From the NCBI GenBank assembly GCA_012295275.1, contig CM022665.1:37076001-37140000 (forward strand): a stretch of DNA of 64,000 bases, written 5' to 3'. Positions 59,470 to 64,000 of this stretch are shown here, piece after piece (the stretch's first letter is position 1; the number at the start of each line of letters is the position of its first letter). The position numbers were made by a program, and so were the translations under genes. Under the pieces are notes generated by a model. It saw only the letters and a list, made by a program, of their open reading frames with translations, did no database searches and was not told the origin of the DNA. Source of the DNA: Chrysomallon squamiferum (lineage: Eukaryota > Animalia > Mollusca).

Positions 59470-60604
59470 CTTAACTCCGCCAGGGTCTAGTTCGGTTTTC
59501 ATGTTATAACTATCAAAACTGAGGTAATATGTCGGTAGCTATGGCAATTATTATTAAATCGTTTATCAGTTTGATAAATTTCTACATGATATAAGAATAT
59601 TACAAAATCAATTTGTCTCCAGTGCTTGTCCTCTGTGTAGAGATAAAGTTTGACGCGACCGTTTTTCGTCGTATTACTTCAGTTAGTTTGTTAGTTTGTT
59701 AAGTTTGCTGTTGTCAACGTTAACCTGCAGTGTACCAAATTTGGAAACAGCAGCCGCAGTAAGAGCCATTATCCTTGAAATAAAATCGACATCTGACATA
59801 CTTAAACATTTTTCTTTCTTCTGTTGATTTTTTTTTTTTTTTTTTTTTTTTTTTACGCGGAATATGACAAATCAGTATTAACATTAATTGTCTGTCAACA
59901 AGAAAAAATCAATGTCCTTTTCCAACAACAGGCTGTGTGAAACATCAAAGCACTTCTGTTTAACAAGGATTACGGTCCAGTACAGTCGTAATCCTCCAAT
60001 TATCAAATATGACACAAAAATCGTCAGTATCAAAACACGAGTGGAGTATCGCTAAAGATTATTTGGCTGGTCTGTACAATAGCTTCTTCGCACCGCAATT
60101 GATCTGTTTTGCTGATGTCTGACGTACGAGGTCTGGACAATGTAAGACTATGGGTGATTACTAGTGAAAAGGTAGCTCATTTATCTAGCTTTCATCCCAG
60201 TTTTAATAGCGCAGTGATTCACCGTGTGTAAACACGCAATGGGTAACAGTACGCTGGAATCGTACACCGTCGGCAGAAAAGCAATCTTGTACATATATAG
60301 GTTTTGGCCCCAAAACCACGACATGATCGTTATCTTTTGAAATGCCGCGCCGATGTTGTTAAGTCGTAAAGTGTATTTTAAACGCATAAAAACGACGTAA
60401 TATGCGATCTCGCATTGTAAGATTATCTATTAGCTGAAAGCTATTTCGGAAAACTACTAGCATTAGATACGGTCTGGAGGATTTTTTGCTTCTTTAATAA
60501 CGCTAAATTATTGACAGAGACAGGAAAGATACACCACTTACTGGAGAGAAAGATAAAAGGAGACAGAAAGTCTGAGAGATAGAATGATAGACAAAGAGAG
60601 AGAC

Positions 60605-60720
<116 letters not shown>

Positions 60721-61609
60721 GGAGAGATTAGGCTGCTGTTGTCCTTTATTGTTTACAAACTAAAAAAACAGAAACAGAATAAATAGAAGAAAGTATTCCG
60801 CCTACCCATCAGACACATACACACAATACACGCACACACATACAAAAAAAAACAAAAAACGAGAGAAACATTACAAGTTAATAAAGAAATAAAACCGTTT
60901 AACAAAACGATTAACATATCAAAATCATCTTCGGTTCCATCAGCGCTTTGACCGTAACTCGGTGGACATTTTATCCGTTTCACGATTCGTGTCTGGAGCA
61001 TCCAGTATGGTAGTGTTCGCTTCTCTGTATATTCTACATGATTTTCAAAAAAGACCCTCGCTGGTTACAGATCGAATACACCGCAGAGAAGCGACAGAGG
61101 GTTGTTTCTGTTGGACTTCATAATTCAAAGTAATTAGTTCTGATATATAATGATTAATTCATTCAGTCCGTATGACACCACGTACATTATGGTTTTCAGA
61201 ATGATGAAAAGTCGCCAGCAGTATCCATAAAACCAAATAACCTTTCCATGATTTGCTTTACATTAATACAATATTTCACGCAGAATTAGAACAACGACGT
61301 GAACTCAGACTGATAATTCGCCCACATCCAGCAGCTACAGCGGCCTCATAAATACGGATATAGTGCTAATTAGAGAGATGGTTTTGGTTTAATGTTGTAA
61401 ATTTCTGGAGCTGTCGTTACTGAGGCGAAATCGTTGCGTTTTATGAGTGAAATAAAACTCGCTAACGTACAATGCAGTCGCGCTGGATCATTCGGCGCGA
61501 ATATCTGGCATACTTTGGATTGTTTGTTGTTGTTTTGTTGATAAGAGAAACAACAAAGCATTAACGTACAGCTAGATTTTAAAAAGTGATACAACTACGT
61601 ACTTACATG

Positions 61610-61720
61610 CTTACATACAAACACACATAAATACATACAGACGTACATACATATGTACATACGAACATATATACATACATCCATACATACATACATATTC
61701 ATATACAAATACAAATACGA

Positions 61721-61775
<55 letters not shown>

Positions 61776-61865
61776 ATTATACACATACATATACATATAC
61801 TACAACTACTACCATCGCCACCACTATTTTTTTTTTTTTTTCTTCTTCTTTTTCTCCTTCTTCTT

Positions 61866-61896
<31 letters not shown>

Positions 61897-61937
61897 TTAT
61901 TATTATTATTATTATTTTTTTTATTATTATTATTATT
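61610..61937. repeat. Compound (TACA)n/(TACATA)n/(CTT)n/(TTA)n microsatellite
   Basis: Directly visible. Confidence 0.93.
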
Positions 61938-62026
61938 AAACTCCTCCCCGTAAGCTCTTTTCGTTGTCCTACAACACACAGTGATTTATATTCAGCTTAA
62001 GTAAACGCACCGGCTGACTCTTCCAA

Positions 62027-62462
62027 CAGGTGACCGACAACTCAAATCTATTAAACAACAGCATGTAACAGTATATTCCTCTTTCTTCCTTTCCTCTTTC
62101 TTTCTCTTCCAATCAGTTTTCACCTGAGTACCTCTGTAGATTCACAGGTGTAACTGTCATTCCGCGATCACACTGGCTAATTCTTTGTGGCAAGCCTAAA
62201 TGCGGCAGGTGCCAGGTTATTACCGTGGACCGCAGCTTACCTGTACAAAACAACAGGTAAAAACGAGGTGGGACATTTTCGTCTGCCACGGGGCAGGCTT
62301 GATGAACTATTTTGCCAAATGTTCACGTCAGGTGAATTTAAACTCCGTCAGGGACGAGTTGACGACGACGTCATCGGTGCAGTTGTAAATCTGAGACGTG
62401 TGCGTGTGTGTGTGTGTAGTTATGAATGTACTTGTATATGTATAAAATATTATAATTACCTG
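62027..62462. promoter_or_regulatory. Candidate cis-regulatory module: homotypic CAGGTG/CAGGTA cluster
   Basis: CAGGTG/CACCTG at 62027, 62121, 62145, 62206 and 62329. CAGGTA/TACCTG at 62238, 62254 and 62457. The sequence is GC- and CpG-richer and non-repetitive. Confidence 0.45.
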
Positions 62463-62986
62463 TATGAATGTTTGTACATGTTAGGGAAATATTCGTAAAC
62501 AAAGATATATTCAAACACGCCTACGTACAAATATATACATACACATATAAACATACCAACATACATATATACATACATATATACACATACATACATACAT
62601 ACGTACATGCATACATACGTACATACATACATACATACATATATATACACACATGCACACATACCGTGAATGCTTAACGATATCACAAAACAAAATAATC
62701 GACAACCACATATCAGATATCTGAAAACATTAATAAATAAAATCTACTTAAAATTTTAATTAAAGTCCAGGGCGTAGTAAACAATACTCCACTTAAGCAG
62801 AAATGATAGTTATTTATGTAGATATATAAAATATATGAGATATAAACTAAAAACGAGCCTCATTATTAAAACATAGAATAGAAATCTGCAGTAAATTATT
62901 CCATGACTTGCGACTTAATTAAAATTTAAAAAATATCAATTAAATATATTTACAGAATTAAATTGTAGGTGCAGTCTACACTGGTT

Positions 62987-63070
62987 CTGTCGATGGTCGA
63001 ATGGTAAGACTGTTCGCGTCTTCAGAGCGGGTGACTGGGTCCACTCACTCGAGTTTCGTCAGCGGCTTCT
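62987..63070 (+). mobile_element. Degenerate tRNA-like SINE head
   Basis: GTCGATGGTCGAATGGTAAGAC has an A-box/D-arm-like pattern. The B box is decayed and there is no acceptor stem. Confidence 0.35.
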
Positions 63071-63152
63071 GATGTGTGTGAGCTTCTACTTGTTTATGCA
63101 CAGAGTCTAATCTGACGTAGAAAAACAAGAATATTCATTCCTAAATACACGC

Positions 63153-63278
<126 letters not shown>

Positions 63279-64000
63279 ATTCAAATTCATTCATTCATAC
63301 GTCTATACATATATAAATACGCACATACATATAGACAGATAGAGAGACAGACATACACCTTTGGTAAGCTAGACAGGGAGCATTACCTGGAACGGGAAAT
63401 AATTGAAGTGGAGATAACTCTGAATCCATTACTGAGTTTGCATCCATAATGGAATATAAAAAAACTTGTACTAGTGTGACTCTATTCATTCAATCGTTCT
63501 TAAATTCAGTTAAAAAATTTCGAAACCATATTGACCAATATATATATTTTTTTTACGAGCTTGCATTTAATTTGAGTATTAGACTACTTAACTACATGCA
63601 CGTAAGTATCACTAAATTATTTATTCTCCTATTATAACCGCTGTTGATTTTAATGATGTTTTAACGATGAACAGATGCTGGCGCTTATCCTGATACTAAT
63701 AATAATATCGCTGACGCCTACACGATAATCTTAACTGTAAAAAAAATTACGACGAACGGATTAAGAAAAGAATGCTAAAATCCATCTTTGAATCCTTGCA
63801 AATCTCATAAATATTATTTGAAACACTCTGCAGCTGTGCTACATTTTACACGTGGTCCATAAACACTGGCCAACGCAGTCGGTTTGTGGGTCGATGGAAA
63901 ACACATTGGCACCAAATGTACAAACACTAATTTTAAATACGACAATAAAAAGCTTGTATAAATTTCTAATAATGATTTGTTATACGGCGGATACAGGGAG

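Overview
AT-rich, intron-containing animal DNA. SINE fragments suggest a mollusc, probably a gastropod (inference). The left ~37.5 kb is a CpG-depleted, gene-dense block with three genes that I reconstructed by hand from splice sites and reading-frame phase. (1) A 14-exon + strand gene (5874-13276, ~638 aa) with an N-terminal bHLH and a C-terminal HMG box, matching MEIOSIN/BHMG1. (2) A 9-exon - strand ZNF830/CCDC16 (25401-19107), whose first intron is a U12-type (minor) intron and which has one apparent 1-nt frameshift. (3) A 4-coding-exon + strand MGME1 (26626-33666), head-to-head with ZNF830. This block also holds a possible first exon of a divergent - strand gene near 4.85 kb, a ~530/635-bp inverted duplication of the MEIOSIN promoter and exon 1, pogo/Tigger elements, two decayed MULE transposons and a 131-bp tandem repeat. 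The right ~26.5 kb retains CpGs, is rich in microsatellites and has no recognisable coding exon. It contains SINE remnants, candidate recursive-splice motifs and a CAGGTG/CAGGTA cluster. No prokaryotic-type systems (CRISPR, operons), rRNA or intact tRNA genes were seen. Family assignments rest on recalled motifs, not database searches.
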